62,679 bases of DNA, filler included, from Rhabdomonas costata (GCA_019059605.1; 35 parts of 35 records of this genome joined end to end with filler, not necessarily neighbours in it), one strand, 5' to 3'; positions 25,130-38,860 are shown, counted from the whole stretch's first letter. Numbers and translations are program-made. The notes: generated by a model from the sequence alone, not told the origin.

Positions 25130-26576
25130 GCGGCCAGGGCGTAATTGGTTTCAATTACTGCGTTCGCGTGATAAATAAGGTTTGCACGGGTGGGTTGCGG
25201 CTTCAAGAACCCCGGCTGCCGCTCATCTGGCAGGTGACGGATGAAGATCCGGGAGTGCAGCATGTACGGAGTAGGCTCAATGGGTCTGTGAAAAGCAGTG
25301 AGGTTGACACTGCAGGGGAGGCGAGGTGAGTGATGCGCAAATCCGGATCCGGATGGTGTGGGTCAGGTGTGCCCTGGAAAATATGCTAGAACTACCTCTC
25401 CGTGCAAGCTACTCATGGATCAGAGCGTTAAAAGCGGCATGTGTCTCGTGTCCCTCGAGCACCTGCCCAGAAGCCTTGCCGCCCTCTCTCCCTCTGGGCT
25501 TAGCCCTGAAGTTGAGAGTGCGGTTGCCTCCTCAGCACAGCTTAGCAAAGCCAGCAGAGAAAACCAGCAGATAGGCCAACCTGTCGCATTTGCAACAACG
25601 ACTTGCCATCTCCACAACGGCACCTGCACATCGAGCGGACCCTTCCCACGCCATGCTCATGGCTTGTAAGAATCGAGGCGAGCTTGGCCTTCTCGCTGAC
25701 GGCGACCCCGCGGCTGCGACGGCGGCCCCCACCCTGCAGCGCGCTGACCCCTCCGACACTCCGCCTAGAAATGCTGTCTCCGCGGCTGGGGAGGTTGATT
25801 GAGCTGTTCAGCCAGTCGCTCTTCTCTGCAGACCTGCTACGAAACAACAGTTGCCGTAGGGTTATCTCACCGAGTGTAGGAGGAAGAGGGAAAGGTAAGG
25901 GAACGGGAAATAACGAAACAAGCGGCTTTAACTGAAAATGCACAAGGGGGGAGCAAAACCATCCGTTACTCTGGGTCGGAAAAAAACTGGGGAGCAATCC
26001 TCGGGGGCGGATGAATGATGCTCAGGCACAGTTTGTGATCACGGAACGGAAAGACAGAAAAAAAAATAAAAGGCAGAACAATAAAATACGCAGAATATTA
26101 AGAATTACAGCATAAGCCATCTCGAACCTTTCATACGACCCCAAAAACAGAAATCTTGTTCGCTAAAAGACGCCACTGATTGCAGTAGGCGAGGAACTCT
26201 TGCGTCCGCACACATACCTGTAAAGCGGTGGGATCGCCTCTGAAGGGCCCTCCTCCTTTGCTGAAGAAGGGATCTCCGCTGAAAGGGGTGCACCTCCGGC
26301 TCCCACCGCCAGAGATCCCGCGCTGCCCCGGCCGCCAACTCCGGCCTTCCGGAGTGGGAAGGGGCCGGGGACCTCGAGAGACTCTGGGGATTGATCCAGG
26401 AGCTGGCTCGCTGTGGTGCTGATACTATCGCTGCGGCAGTGGTGGACCTCTGCGGGATTGATGTCCAGGCCACTGCCTTGACGAAGGAGGTCCCTCCAGC
26501 AGTCCGGCTCGAAGCTAGGCACCTTTTGTGTTTTACGAGTGCGCTCTGCGGGGAAGCCACATCTCCAGCCATACAA
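25130..26576 (-). CDS. Multi-exon hypothetical protein
   Basis: Several GC-rich open segments, one ending TACAG|GTATGT (about 26218) and one starting after CCTGCAG (about 25310); no family recognised. Confidence 0.35.
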
Positions 26577-28036
26577 CGAAGGGTGGACAGGGGACGGCGA
26601 GAGTTAAAAACAGAGATGGGAAGAGGCAGTCGGTCGAGGGATCCCCATAAATTGGGATTTTTTGCCCTAAATTTAGTTCATAATAATCCGCAAAAATTCA
26701 AAAAAAAAATCAAAAAAAACTCATTTTTCAAGCGTTTCCAGAAATTCGTATGAAGTGAAGCTCCGGAAAGCCTCTTGATTCTAAGCCAGCCGCGGACAGC
26801 AACCGCTGGTCCTTCAACAACACCNNNNNNNNNNNNNNNNNNNNNNNNNNNNNNNNNNNNNNNNNNNNTTAATTAATTAANNNNNNNNNNNNNNNNNNNN
26901 NNNNNNNNNNNNNNNNNNNNNNNNGTGTGGGGGGTTTGAGCAGATCCTCGACTGACATTGTTATGCACAAAAAAGTATACAGGCTTTGAAATCCCCAACA
27001 CTGTAGGGTCAGAAAAGGGCGGTAATCCACCGTGGAAAAACAAGAGTACCACAAGCTTCGATAATTGCTGGATATTGGACATATCAAAAGACAGGAAAAG
27101 GCCCGCGATTGAGGTGCGTCACTAAGGTAACATAACGTCACTCACTTCGGATGGAAACTACACGCGATGGGTCAATACTGCTGATCCCAGGTCAACGTAG
27201 AAAGGGAACATGTTATCGACCACTGGTAACCGTTCCTGCGGATGAAAAGTTCCTCGTTCCTCGTTCACGATAGCCGTATCTTCAAGTATTCTATCATTCT
27301 CAGACCTGTTCACGCTTCCCGCTACCAATCACCAGCACCAATCACCCACAACCATTACAGGACACAGACTTCTCTCCTCCCCTTGCCCCCTCTGGTTTCA
27401 GCAAACGACTGAAGAGGCACAGGCAAAAACAACACGTGCAGCGAAATGTCAGCCCCGCACTGTGTCCCGGCACAAGACGCCACCAACAAAACAAAGCGCA
27501 GCAGCACAAGGCCATGGCCATGACCACGGCGTTTCCAGGAGATAACCTCGATGTTGCTTCTCTGCCACAAGCGCGACATGCGATACAACGCACTCAACTG
27601 TTGGGCCACCACCGAATGAAACCGTATGAAAAGGAGTGAGTACAAGAGTGCGACACGTAGACGAAGGGTAGAGATTTTCGAAAGAAATAACAGCATGCCA
27701 CTAAAACGATGCCGGGCCCCGTCCTTGGGACAACACTGTGCTATCCTTTCGTCCAGTTACGTGGGGACTTCCTTCACACCTCGCCCTCCTCGTGAACCGT
27801 TAGAAGCGCAGATCCGGCCATTCCTCATGCTGATTTATATGCCTGAAGCTCGCAAGAAAGCCATCTCGGGTCCAAAAAGAAAAGGAAGGTCCTTGTGCGC
27901 AATGAGCAGCCTTCTCAGAATATCACACACACACAATTGGCGGGGGCAATAAAAACACACACACAGAAAATCACATCCACACCTCCGTGACCACGTGCCT
28001 TGCAAAAAGCTGAAGAGCTGTGTGGGCCGAGCCGCC

Positions 28037-28194
28037 TTACATGAAGTCGTCCTCGTCCAGCTCGTCGATTTCTCGCTTGCCCCCGCCGCCGCCATCGTCG
28101 TCTCCCCCGGCGTCGTGGTGGTGACCCTCCTCGGCCTCGCGGAGCTGGGCAAAGTCCACCTTGAACCGCAGGAAGCCTCCAATCCCACCAAAGC
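28037..28194 (-). CDS. eRF1: Eukaryotic release factor 1, last exon
   Basis: CAG|GC TTT GGT... gives GFGGIGGFLRFKVDF...EIDELDEDDFM-TAA, the eRF1 GFGGIGGxLR[YF] motif plus acidic tail. Missed by the ORF track. Confidence 0.9.
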
Positions 28195-29806
28195 CTGGGA
28201 AAAATCAAGGCAAGCATCAGCATCACAGGCTGGGCCGTAATAGAGCGGGAGAAAGAGCCATAATATTCAGCACCATCCGCACGATATACAGGACGTTGCG
28301 TTGCTTGCTGGACCTCACATGACCCCTCTGCCGTCTGTGTCTTCCCCCGAATTAACCTCTTTCGCTTCTTTTGGTACCCGCCGCTCAGATGTCTTAACAT
28401 TTCATACCAGGGACCCACGAGTTGACTAGTCGTCCACCACCCCCAACAGATTACACACCGATTGGAATCCCATTTTCCTCAGTTCGGCGCCAGGGCCCAA
28501 CAGCCTGACCCAACAAGCACACTATACGTACAGAGGTTTCCAAGAACACAAATTGTCAGTCTGCGAGCAGCGCTTTGTTCACTTCACCACCCCAAGAATT
28601 GCCGCTTGTCCTTCTTGATNNNNNNNNNNNNNNNNNNNNNNNNNNNNNNNNNNNNNNNNNNNNTTAATTAATTAANNNNNNNNNNNNNNNNNNNNNNNNN
28701 NNNNNNNNNNNNNNNNNNNGGGTGTGTGGGGGAGCCGTTTAACGGGCGTTAGACCGTCATTAAGCGTCAGACCTGGAAGCTTTTCCAGGGTTTAGGAAAG
28801 ATTTTTTTTAAAGAAAATTCCCCCGAGGGGGGTGGGGTTTCCTTTTTGTTGTTTTTTCCCGCCAAAATCGCCTAACCTCCTGCAAGGCCCCCTTTGTATG
28901 AACGTTATAACCGAATGTCAATTTCCGCCCATAAACTCCCCCCTAAGCCAAAGGTGAGCGCTCTGCCGGGTCCCCTCATCGACTGTTCCCTGTTTTTACG
29001 TCCATACTACTTTCTACGTCTTTCACCGCTGGGGCACCCGTTTGTCAGGTGCGAACACCCGGTGTACTGGTGTCCGTGCCTGGATTCAGTTCCTTTGCAC
29101 GTGCTTGCCCTTGTACCTTTTTACACCTTACCTCGTTCCCTGGTTGTAAATTAACCTGTCTTAGGGGATTGCTTGAACTGTCAAGTGAATGTCTGTTGCT
29201 CTTCTCAGAACGTCGTTTTTGGTGTCTGGCGCAAGATCGAGTATCACTGTGTCACTGGGGGATGGAGGGGGCAGACCAACCAGTGCCCCTTACATGCTTG
29301 TGCAGTGGCACGGTGTGGAGGCTTGCAAGCTAGGCTAATTAGGGCAACTTGAAGGACCCCAATACTTCGTTTGAAACAAAAGGGACCGAAGGGAAACCAA
29401 AGGATGGGATTTTTCACAGCGGTTCCACATGTTTGTATGTGGGGGGGGGTCCAACACCTTCCGGCCATGGGATGAAGGCAGTATTCTGTGAAGGACGTTT
29501 GTTTGCTTCTGCTCTCTTCACACGAGAGGCCTATCTTCCAAGATAGAAAATACAGACGGGGCTCGCAACCAACGCAGTGTGGGTTAGGAGGGACAGAAAA
29601 TTGACTGGTGCGCAAAGTGGGGTCAGCCCCCTTTAAATTCGCTTGAAGAGAAGCAAAAAAAAATAAACACGGCATGTTGTGGACCAGATTGTTCACAAGC
29701 CCCTTCTGCAGGAGCTGAATGGCAACCTAGCTGCACAAACTTCACGATTGACGGAACGTCAAAGTTTGCCGTTTGTTTGCCGGTGGACGCAGGCAGGCCT
29801 TGATAC

Positions 29807-30414
29807 ATGAGTGCGGGGTATTCTTGGGCTTGGGGCTTTTCATCGTGGAAAAATTTTGTTGTCAGTGCCACACTGCACCTTCACTTGCTTCACAGGCTTT
29901 TTCTGAAAATGAGTCAGAACGCGGCTTTCAGTTGTGTCACGGGGGAAAGCAAGCCCTTTGCTCAGCCTCTACTGGGCTCTCCTGGACGCGCGTCTGGCCC
30001 GGTGACCTCGGTGACCTCGGCTCCATCTGCGTTTCCTGGCCTTTCCGCTTCAACCCCTGCTCCTTTTCTCTGCCCACCTGTTCCACTTTGCACGTATTCC
30101 GCGGCGAACACCACTTTGACCTCAGTGGGGATTCCCCCGTTTTCGTCAGCTGGCCCCACGCCTTCTCCTGCACAGCTCTTTGCAGCTGCTCCGACCTCGG
30201 CTCCAGCCTTGCCTGCCCCACTTGCCCCGAATCCCTTCCCACCTGCTCCTGCTGCTGCTCATGCTGGCGAACTGTCGGCTGAGATCACCGCAAACGGGGC
30301 GCCAGCCGTCAACACAACAACTCCAGCCCCTGCCCCTGCCATTCCTGCACCTGCCGCGCCGGTGCACATGCCCGTGCGGACGGCCCCTCCTGCACCTTCA
30401 GCCCACCCCCACCC
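29807..30414 (+). CDS. Pro/Ala-rich low-complexity coding segment
   Basis: Open to the contig end for about 200 codons, PAPAPA-rich. Confidence 0.45.
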
Positions 30415-30987
30415 NNNNNNNNNNNNNNNNNNNNNNNNNNNNNNNNNNNNNNNNNNNNTTAATTAATTAANNNNNNNNNNNNNNNNNNNNNNNNNNNNNN
30501 NNNNNNNNNNNNNNGTGGGGGGGGATTGAGGTGTCCCTGTATATGGAAATTTGTGAGAAGCCAATCCGACTCTTCGTGATTCGGGTTCCAGATGCGAAAA
30601 ACCGCACTGCAATATTTCAACCACAACGCACCCGCCCACAGAGACCCTAATAAAGAAGAAGGGAGCCGCTGCCTCTTTTCCTTCTGTACGCAATTCGAGA
30701 GTCCAGATCATCATGATAAATCCCATGCATGCCGTTGCAAATAAGAAAAAGCTTGGAGGGGTTGGAGGGCTACGCAAGCACCCACTGATAAAAAATATTG
30801 TCCGCGGGGCAAAGCCCCCCGCAATTTGAACGAACCACAACACGACACGGAAAGTGTGGGTCCTCCGCGGCCCAAAGCGATAAATGCTGGGGGATAAAAA
30901 CGCGACGCTTCCATCCAGCAATTATTGGAGATCGCCTGCCACACTCGCGCGCAAAGCATCCTCCTCTCATCCTCCACTTCAACGTAC

Positions 30988-31774
30988 CCACTTGTAGGCG
31001 TCCTTGACAAGCTGTGGAATCCCGGAGCCCCAGAGTTTGCCGGCGAAGTTGAACCCCTGACCCACTCCACGAAGGTACAGCACGTGGAAGCTGTGAGTCA
31101 GGTAGCGGCAGAAATCGGCGGTCTTGCGGACGTTGGTGCAGGTGCACCGTTCCTGCGCACCCACATCCGGAGGTACATCCGAAGCCACGGCGAAAGCCAA
31201 AACCAGCGCAAGAGACACAAAAAGACGAATCGTTATTAAGCTATTTGAGGGCAAAGATGAAGCAGGTCAAGGACCTTTTCTATGCACAGGGGGCCTCCCG
31301 AAACGCTGTGTGACCGGTGCTTGCACCCTCAGACCTTACCCAACCGTGCCCCTTGGCGGCTCTTCCTTTTACCTTGTGCCACTTCTTTCCCCAGCCAGCG
31401 GAGGGTTTATCGATGACATCCTCAGAACGTATGTACAAAAAACCGAGCTGCCTCTGTACCCACGGAAGGAAATGGCACTCCGCCGCCTGTTGCCCATCAA
31501 AATCACACGGTTCAACCTTTGGAAGCAGAACCAAGAAATACCCATCGAAAAGAGAACAGCGCAAGGCGGGACAGGGCAAGACCCCTTGCCAGCGACCGAT
31601 GTTAAAGCTTGGTCGAAGAAAGGCATTGTTAGCCAAACACCAGCACTGGCGGGTACGCCCCTGAATGGGGGTGTGAGGACGCACCTCGATTCCAGCATAG
31701 TCGGCGGGTGGGTTGTCCTGATGGGCCTCACATGGCGAGCAAGAGGTGCCATCGACACAAACCAGCAGGTCCAT
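30988..31774 (-). CDS. DUF2235 / Tle1-like alpha/beta hydrolase, N-terminus (exons 31774-31685, 31152-30988)
   Basis: Phase-0 join gives MDLLVCVDGT...TNVRK...VLYLRGVG...LWGSGIPQLVKDAYKW, the ordered DUF2235 motifs CxDGT, TNVxK, YxxGVG and GxGxxxxVxxAY. Confidence 0.85.
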
Positions 31775-34700
31775 TGTAGGAATCATAGGAAGAATGCAAT
31801 GGGGACAACCGCAAGTATGTCTGAAGAACAAAGCAGCGCAGGAAATCACTCTTAATACGATCCGCACAACCGAGCTGAACCCAGTTAAGCCACGTTCCTC
31901 TCGGGCAAGGAATTGAAAATCCCGAGAAAGGGGCGAGAAAAGTGCATATATCACTTCATACCGAACGGAAGGGTCCTTTGCCCTCCCCTCTTCTCCTTCC
32001 CGAGAAACACTGTACGGCACTTCAGGTATCAACCCACCGTTAGGAAAGGGTAACCAGGTATTGAGATGGAAGGGGGATGCCCTTGGTTAACTATGACGCT
32101 CTAAAAATTGGGAGCTTTGCACCACAAGAGAGCCTCTGGCTGTCCCTGTCCAACAGAATCACCATGAGGGTTCGGAAAACCCCAGGTGACATCGCAGTGG
32201 TGCGCACAGNNNNNNNNNNNNNNNNNNNNNNNNNNNNNNNNNNNNNNNNNNNNTTAATTAATTAANNNNNNNNNNNNNNNNNNNNNNNNNNNNNNNNNNN
32301 NNNNNNNNNGTGTTGGTGGGGGGGGAAGCGGAAGCGAAGGGTAGAGCTGATTGACGGCTTGCACACACAAGCGAAAGCTTCGGGTTGAAGCGCATGGCCA
32401 TGCGCGCAAAGCTAGAATAAAAGAATGAGAGAGAGAAGAGGAAGACGAAGAAGGAGGAGTAACGTGGGAGCGAGTTTCGAACAAGCTTGCACAGTTGCAA
32501 CGTATGGGCACTGCGGTGGCGTTTTATTCCCAGGATTCACAAAGGGCAACACAGATCACAGCCCTGAAACAGCGAAGACAGGACATCGTCCGCTTAAGCG
32601 GCACCAAGGGCGGGATGCCAAAAAGGGTGACAATCGAAGAAAGTTGGCGCCAAGGGTACAGCTAATGCAAGAGACTAAAGCAGGAGGAATAAAATACACA
32701 TACCGTCGGGATAGCAAATGCGATGGGAATTCAACAATGCGTTCAAAGAGGCAGCCTTCGGCACAGCGTCCCAAATTTTTATGACAATATTTGTGTGTGA
32801 GAGTCCCCGTGCGATTGTGGTGCGAACAAAGGGAAAAGCGTTAGAAAGGACTGCGGAAGATAAACTTTGATCTTTGAACTCAGCCAGTGCGCAGGTTAAC
32901 AAACATAGTACCTGGAGGCGAGGAGGGAAACCTAACGTGACGGAAACGTGTAGTGTGTCCTGGCGAAGTGCAGGAACACCCCTATCCAATGAGAGACAGC
33001 AGGATGTATCCGTAAAACCAAAACCTAGTGCTTCCTTATTCCCATGTTAAATCCGCGTGCCACCCCGGGTAAACAAAAAAGGAAACGACGTGCTCTAGAT
33101 CTCAGCCTACACCTTCTCACCAGCTCTTCATCGGAAGATGGGCGCTGCTCAGAGTGGCGATATTTTTCCCACTAGGTGCCCACTTGTGTTCAGCACTCAT
33201 CTCATTCCCCATAAAGGGAGAGGGGCGAAGGACCTTCATGGGGTTGCCACCAACTCGTCCTCCAGGTTTGAGAAGCTGACGTGCAGCCCACGGCTCTTGG
33301 GAGAGCCAAGGGAGGAGCCATCGCTGCAGAAGCTGCTTCCACTGCGCCGCAGCACAGTTTTGGGGGTGGGTGTGCAGCCCTGCTCGGTGGCCGCAGGGCT
33401 CTCCAAGGGGGGAGAGAGGGCAGGCTGCATTGGAAAAAACCCAATCATGTGGCAACATTGCCATGCATGAAAAGGGGTTAAAAACTAGTCCAAATAAAGT
33501 GCGGCCTTCAGAACCTCCACCGCAGAAACCAATATCCATCCTTTCAAAGAAAAACTAGGAACCATCAAGGAAAGGCATGGCCAGGGACCACACCAAACCG
33601 AGGGCCTCATGGCAGATAGGGACGAGTGGACGAGAGATGATGAGGGGCGCGAGCACAATGACACTGGGGCGGGGGTACGTCCCCCCTGCCCCCCACTTGG
33701 CCCCTATTATCACTGGGCCGGAGTTATACATACCCAACATTCATTCACTCATCCACTGATTGAGGAACCGACACGACACACTGACTCGAAGCATCAAAAA
33801 GGGTCAGGTTGCCGGCATACGTCCTCCTGCGCGGAGGGGCCCTCTCCCTTCTCCTGGAACCACGCGAGCAGGGCGCTGACGCCGACGCGGACCCGCCCGC
33901 CTTTGTACTGAGCCACGGAGGGAGAGGACGGGTCCCCGCCCATGGCCCGGCGGGAGGGCGCCAGGCGGGACAGGGAGACCGTGCCCCGCACTGCGGTGGC
34001 CAGNNNNNNNNNNNNNNNNNNNNNNNNNNNNNNNNNNNNNNNNNNNNTTAATTAATTAANNNNNNNNNNNNNNNNNNNNNNNNNNNNNNNNNNNNNNNNN
34101 NNNTGTGGTGGGTGTGGTTGGTGTTGGTGTCAGCGTACGTGGGGGACTGGATGGGGCGGTAGAGGAAGCCCGTTTTTGTGAATACCTGACAACTGTTTGA
34201 AAGTTACAAATGGTTTTTTCATGCTTTTTTTTTTGCGATTTTTTTTTTTGCGAATCACCCCAGACAACTTGGAACGATAGGATAATCGTGCATCATTCAT
34301 AGAATGGGACCTGTGAAGTGGATACTGGGTCATGAAGATGTCCGGGCGGGTCTTGTCCTCGACTTCGATCCCAAGTTCCAAGCCCATCGCTGAGCGCATA
34401 TCAACACGAGCGACAGAAGCCCACTGGCTGTGAATGTGTATGTGTGTGTCGGAGTTTGGCAGTAAGCAACGTTGTGCCATCTGAAGTGCACAACCCTGTT
34501 GAGTGTTGCCGTACTGAGTGCTGAGGAATCTGAGCTGACGTTTCTTGCTCGTTTTTTTTGGGGGATATTCATGCCTAGTTTTCTTATTTCAAATGCAGGG
34601 ACTCTCCGGTTTTTGCACTACCTTTTTCCCCTGAAAGTTATCTGCTGCACGGACGCTGTGGTGAAGGTGGAGTTCGAGGGTCTGCTGTCCGTGGTATGTG

Positions 34701-36257
34701 TGTGGGAGCGTTCTTTTTTATCCATAGAGAGTTAAGCTTGACCTGGCTTGTGGCTCTATGTGATTATATGAATGGGAATATGTCTGCTGGCGTTGCGGGG
34801 AGCAGGAGTTTAACGGGGTTGTTTGAGGCCTGCTGAGTTCAATACCTGTTTGTGCGTACATGTGTCGCTGGTTAGGCGACTCTGTGGGGGATGTGCTCTG
34901 GCACGCTTTGTCTAGTTTTGGGTCGGATGGAACCTAACTTTCCCCCTTTTTCTTACCCTCACGTTCCAAATTTGAGATCTGAACTGCTTACCGTGCGCAC
35001 CATCGCAGTAATACACTCTTATGTTATCCATCGCACATTGTCCCTTCCCGTTTTTTTCTCTTCCCAAGATGTGCTTTGAGCTGGAGGGAGCTGCTCGGCG
35101 AGTGAGGGCAGTGCGGTGGGAGCACCGCCGAGAGGAGTGCGCGGCGTTTCTTCAGCGCCTGGGAGTGATGGAGGTATCCCCCCCCCACTCCGATGCAGAA
35201 CATATGTTTCTTCTACAGTTTCTCTGTTGTTCAGGTGGCTTTTGTTGCCGGCCTCGGGACACTTACCAATCGTCCGGGGCCTCACCGAAAATGGGGGGGG
35301 GGGCACATATTTGGGACCCAAACGTCACCCTATTCGCTGAATGACGTTTTATTTCCCATGGTCACTCCTGAACCTGACTTGACCAGACCAGACCAGAGAC
35401 CCAACGTTGACCTGAGAGCTCGAGGGCTCATTTATTAACTCTTGAAGACCAAACTGCAACTCTTGGCACACTACCAAAGACCAAGAGCACTTCATACTGG
35501 GACCAGCGACTGTGTTTGTAAATCTCGCCTCCGCTTTTGGGCGTCCAAGTTATGGGGAGTGATCATCCGCACCGCAGCGGCGCGAGTTGGTGACCCACCT
35601 GCACTCACTGGAAAACCAGCCAAGCTGTTGCTCAGTTTCCACGGTAAATATATTTGCATTTGGTTTCAAAGTGCCCGCCAGAATGTAGCCCCCCTGAATC
35701 TAGCATTGAATATGTGTTCTGACCTGCCCGTGTCTTCTGTCATGTCTGCAAAAGTGCTGCTTGTTAAGACCGCTTCTCTCGGGTTTTTCCAACCCCCCNN
35801 NNNNNNNNNNNNNNNNNNNNNNNNNNNNNNNNNNNNNNNNNNTTAATTAATTAANNNNNNNNNNNNNNNNNNNNNNNNNNNNNNNNNNNNNNNNNNNNGT
35901 GGTGGGTGTGTTTGGGTGTGGGTGTGGTCCGGAGGGTTTCGAAAATGTTTGCGGTGAAGTTTGCCCTGACGCTTGTGCCCACCAATTTGACCACCAACAA
36001 TTGTACAAGTTTCGGAATTTTCTATGAGGAAATAGTTGATCAACGGCGACGCTTGTAAGTGCAAAGGGGGGTTTGTGGACGTTACAACAAGGTTTCTGCA
36101 CGCTGAGCACGACATGAAATAACTGCAACAAGACCCTTTGCTCATCTGAGGAAGACAAAAGAAGGACAAAAAAAACCTTTTATAAGTTGTGAACGTGCTT
36201 GTTAGTTTTAACATGTGGGTGTGCCGTTTTCTTCTGTCTCCGTTTCTTCGAACACAG

Positions 36258-37309
36258 GTCACTGACGAGGATCGTGACAATGCTCAGGCTCATCGGGGTG
36301 AGGCCCAGGCGCTGGCTGCGGAAGGTGCACCGCTTTTTCACACAATTTTGGGTTGCTTTAAAGGGGACTCTCCACTTCCCAGCAAATGAGGAAGGGCTGC
36401 ACTCCCCACCCAGGGTCTCAGAGTTTCAGGTGTCATCTTGACGATGCAGTTTCAGGGTCGGCTGAACAAAGCGACGTTTTTGCCACACCACACAGTTAAA
36501 GAGCATGTTTTGCTTTGAAAATCATTGAACCCTGAATTTTTCTTCACCTTACATGATCAAACAAATTTAAGCTGATACGAATTTGTTCTTTTTTGAAAGG
36601 GGGTCTGTATGCATGCCATAAAACCATTAAATAAATAAGACCCCTGTGGCTACACTTGAGAAATGTGTGTGCAGGCAAGCTGGACGAGGCCGTGGCTGCG
36701 GTGACCAAAGCTATCCTGCTGAATCCCGGCAGCGCAATCTTGTTTGCCGTGCGGGCAGAGTTTCTGCTGAAGTGCGTGTGTGCACTGCTCCTTTCTGTGA
36801 GCCTTTTTGTATTTTTGGAGTTGAAAAGGGAAACAAAAGGTTGGGTGTCTACAGCGTTGGTCCCCGTTGGTCGAGTCACGGTGAACAGGACAAATAGTTA
36901 ATCCGTTCAATGCCGGCCTTGAGAGGAATTAAAATTGTCGTTTTTTTGTCACTCAAGCGGTCAAAGAACAATTCAAAAATAAAATGATGCACGAGCAACT
37001 GAAAAGTTGCACAAGGTGACATTTGTCAACGTCAATATGAAATGGAGTTTGTGGAACCTTCTTTGTTTCGGTTGGCTTGAAAACCGTGATCAACCTTTTC
37101 ATAGCACAGAAATGTTTTTTTTTGCAAAAGGCGACCTGCAGCTAGACACCACTCCAAAAATGCACCACTGGCAACCACCTCCGTTCGGCATGAGAAGAAA
37201 CACAATGCTTTCCCTTCTTGCTTTCTTCAAAAGGAAGGGCCGGCTGCGCGCCGCGCTACGGGACTGCGACCATGCCGTGGAGATCAGCCCCATCGCCGCC
37301 CGCCCGCTG
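36258..37309 (+). CDS. ST13: Hsc70-interacting protein Hip, TPR region (exons 36258-36324, 36675-36771, 37234-about 37309)
   Basis: VTDEDRDNAQAHRGEAQALAAEGKLDEAVAAVTKAILLNPGSAILFAVRAEFLLKKGRLRAALRDCDHAVEISP is colinear with the Hip TPR region; joins phase-consistent. Confidence 0.85.
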
Positions 37310-37906
37310 ACACTTTTATATGGCATAAGTAAACTAAACGGGCCATAAGGAAAAGCACGGAAGCACATCAAGGGTCACTGAAAGTAGCCATCACGTATGC
37401 AGCAGAGCAGTGCAATGAAGGGATCCACATCATCAGGGAGGTTCCTACGCCACTGGAACTCCTTGACATTGGCCTCGAGGAGGTCCCCATGCACACCCCC
37501 TCTCGAGCGGAGGAAGGTCTTGAGGGCACCCCAAGTTCCATCAATTCCTTGGGTCGAGACAGTCCTGAGCTTACCATGGAGCCGTTCCTTACNNNNNNNN
37601 NNNNNNNNNNNNNNNNNNNNNNNNNNNNNNNNNNNNTTAATTAATTAANNNNNNNNNNNNNNNNNNNNNNNNNNNNNNNNNNNNNNNNNNNNAGGGTGAA
37701 AGCACGGAAGGACGGAAAGTGATTGAAGGCATGCATGAAGTGCATGAAGGTCAGTATGGTACAAGGGAAAGTATATCATTCAAGGAACGAGCGCGGAACG
37801 TCGCCCTCCCTTGTCTCATATGTGAAAACCCATTGCACAGTAGTCATGTGAAGACCACACATCCACGCGCTCAAACCCGCGCGCGCATACACACACACAG
37901 ACACAC

Positions 37907-38860
37907 CGTGTAGGCGTTCGGATCCATCTCCAGGAAAAGCGTCCCGGTGACGGCGGCCATCAGCACCACCTGGGCAAGCCTTGCCACCAGAAAGATGCGG
38001 TTCCTGGCAAGAAGCTTGAATTGCCTCGCGAACACCACCTGCAGGGTGTAGTCTGGAGAAGACAAAAAACCAGAATAAAAAAACAGCAGCACGAGAATTC
38101 TGTAACACGTGTAACACATGCCACATGGATGCGGGGGTGGGTCCTAGGGCCCTCAGTACCTTCGTGTTCAAACTAAAGGGAGAAGGAAGTTATTGGGAAT
38201 TCTTCGTCTGATCCTCTAGCCAAATATATTCACCGGTGCACATCAATCACACTCATCAACAACGTCCGCTCGGAACCATTCAAAAATGGACCCCGGACAA
38301 GGACAAGAACAAGTTCAGGGCGCGGAGGCGGGACGGGGTGATCCATACGCCAAGGGAATGGGAACTCCTGAAAGAACCGCTGCGCGCCATAGAACTTTGA
38401 ATTGGTAGGCTGTAACAGAAAAAAAAAAGCAGGAAAAGAAAAGAATAAAACAAATAAGCGTCCTTCAATACATTGTCACTTCAATTCCATGACCTTTCGA
38501 TCAACCCTACATCGAGGCCATCCACAAACGGTCACATAGGAGCAAACGAGCAGGCTCTCAGCATGGCGGAGACGGAAGGAAAAAAGCCAACGTAACAACC
38601 ATATAAGCAATCACCACATACAATTTCTCTCGAAACAATGTTTAACCTCACAGCGACGACCATCCACTGATTCGCTGTGCTCCTGCCTCGAAGAGAAAAG
38701 CGGCCATGGCGACCTGCGGAGGCAGCTTGGAGGGGTCAAAGTGGTACTGTGCCTTGAAGAACGAGCTTTCCTTGTACGCAGCGGCGAACTGGTCCGAGCT
38801 TCTGGGGGCCTTCGCGGAGTCCGGACCGGTAAGATAGGTCTTCCCCTCTTCTGTGGTGAC
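37907..38860 (-). CDS. PDR-type ABCG transporter, NBD1-TMD1 linker and first TM helix (exons 38860-38714, 38394-38349, 38052-37907)
   Basis: DQFAAAYKESSFF...FPWHYTLQVVFARQFKLLARNRIFLVARLAQVVLMAAVTGTLFL; phases 0 and 1 consistent. Confidence 0.85.

Noticed and set aside
12565-38860. Two ABCG fragments as a gene cluster, or any cross-contig operon-like system
   Set aside because: The contigs are independent and apparently grouped by length, so adjacency carries no information; the two fragments may or may not be one gene.
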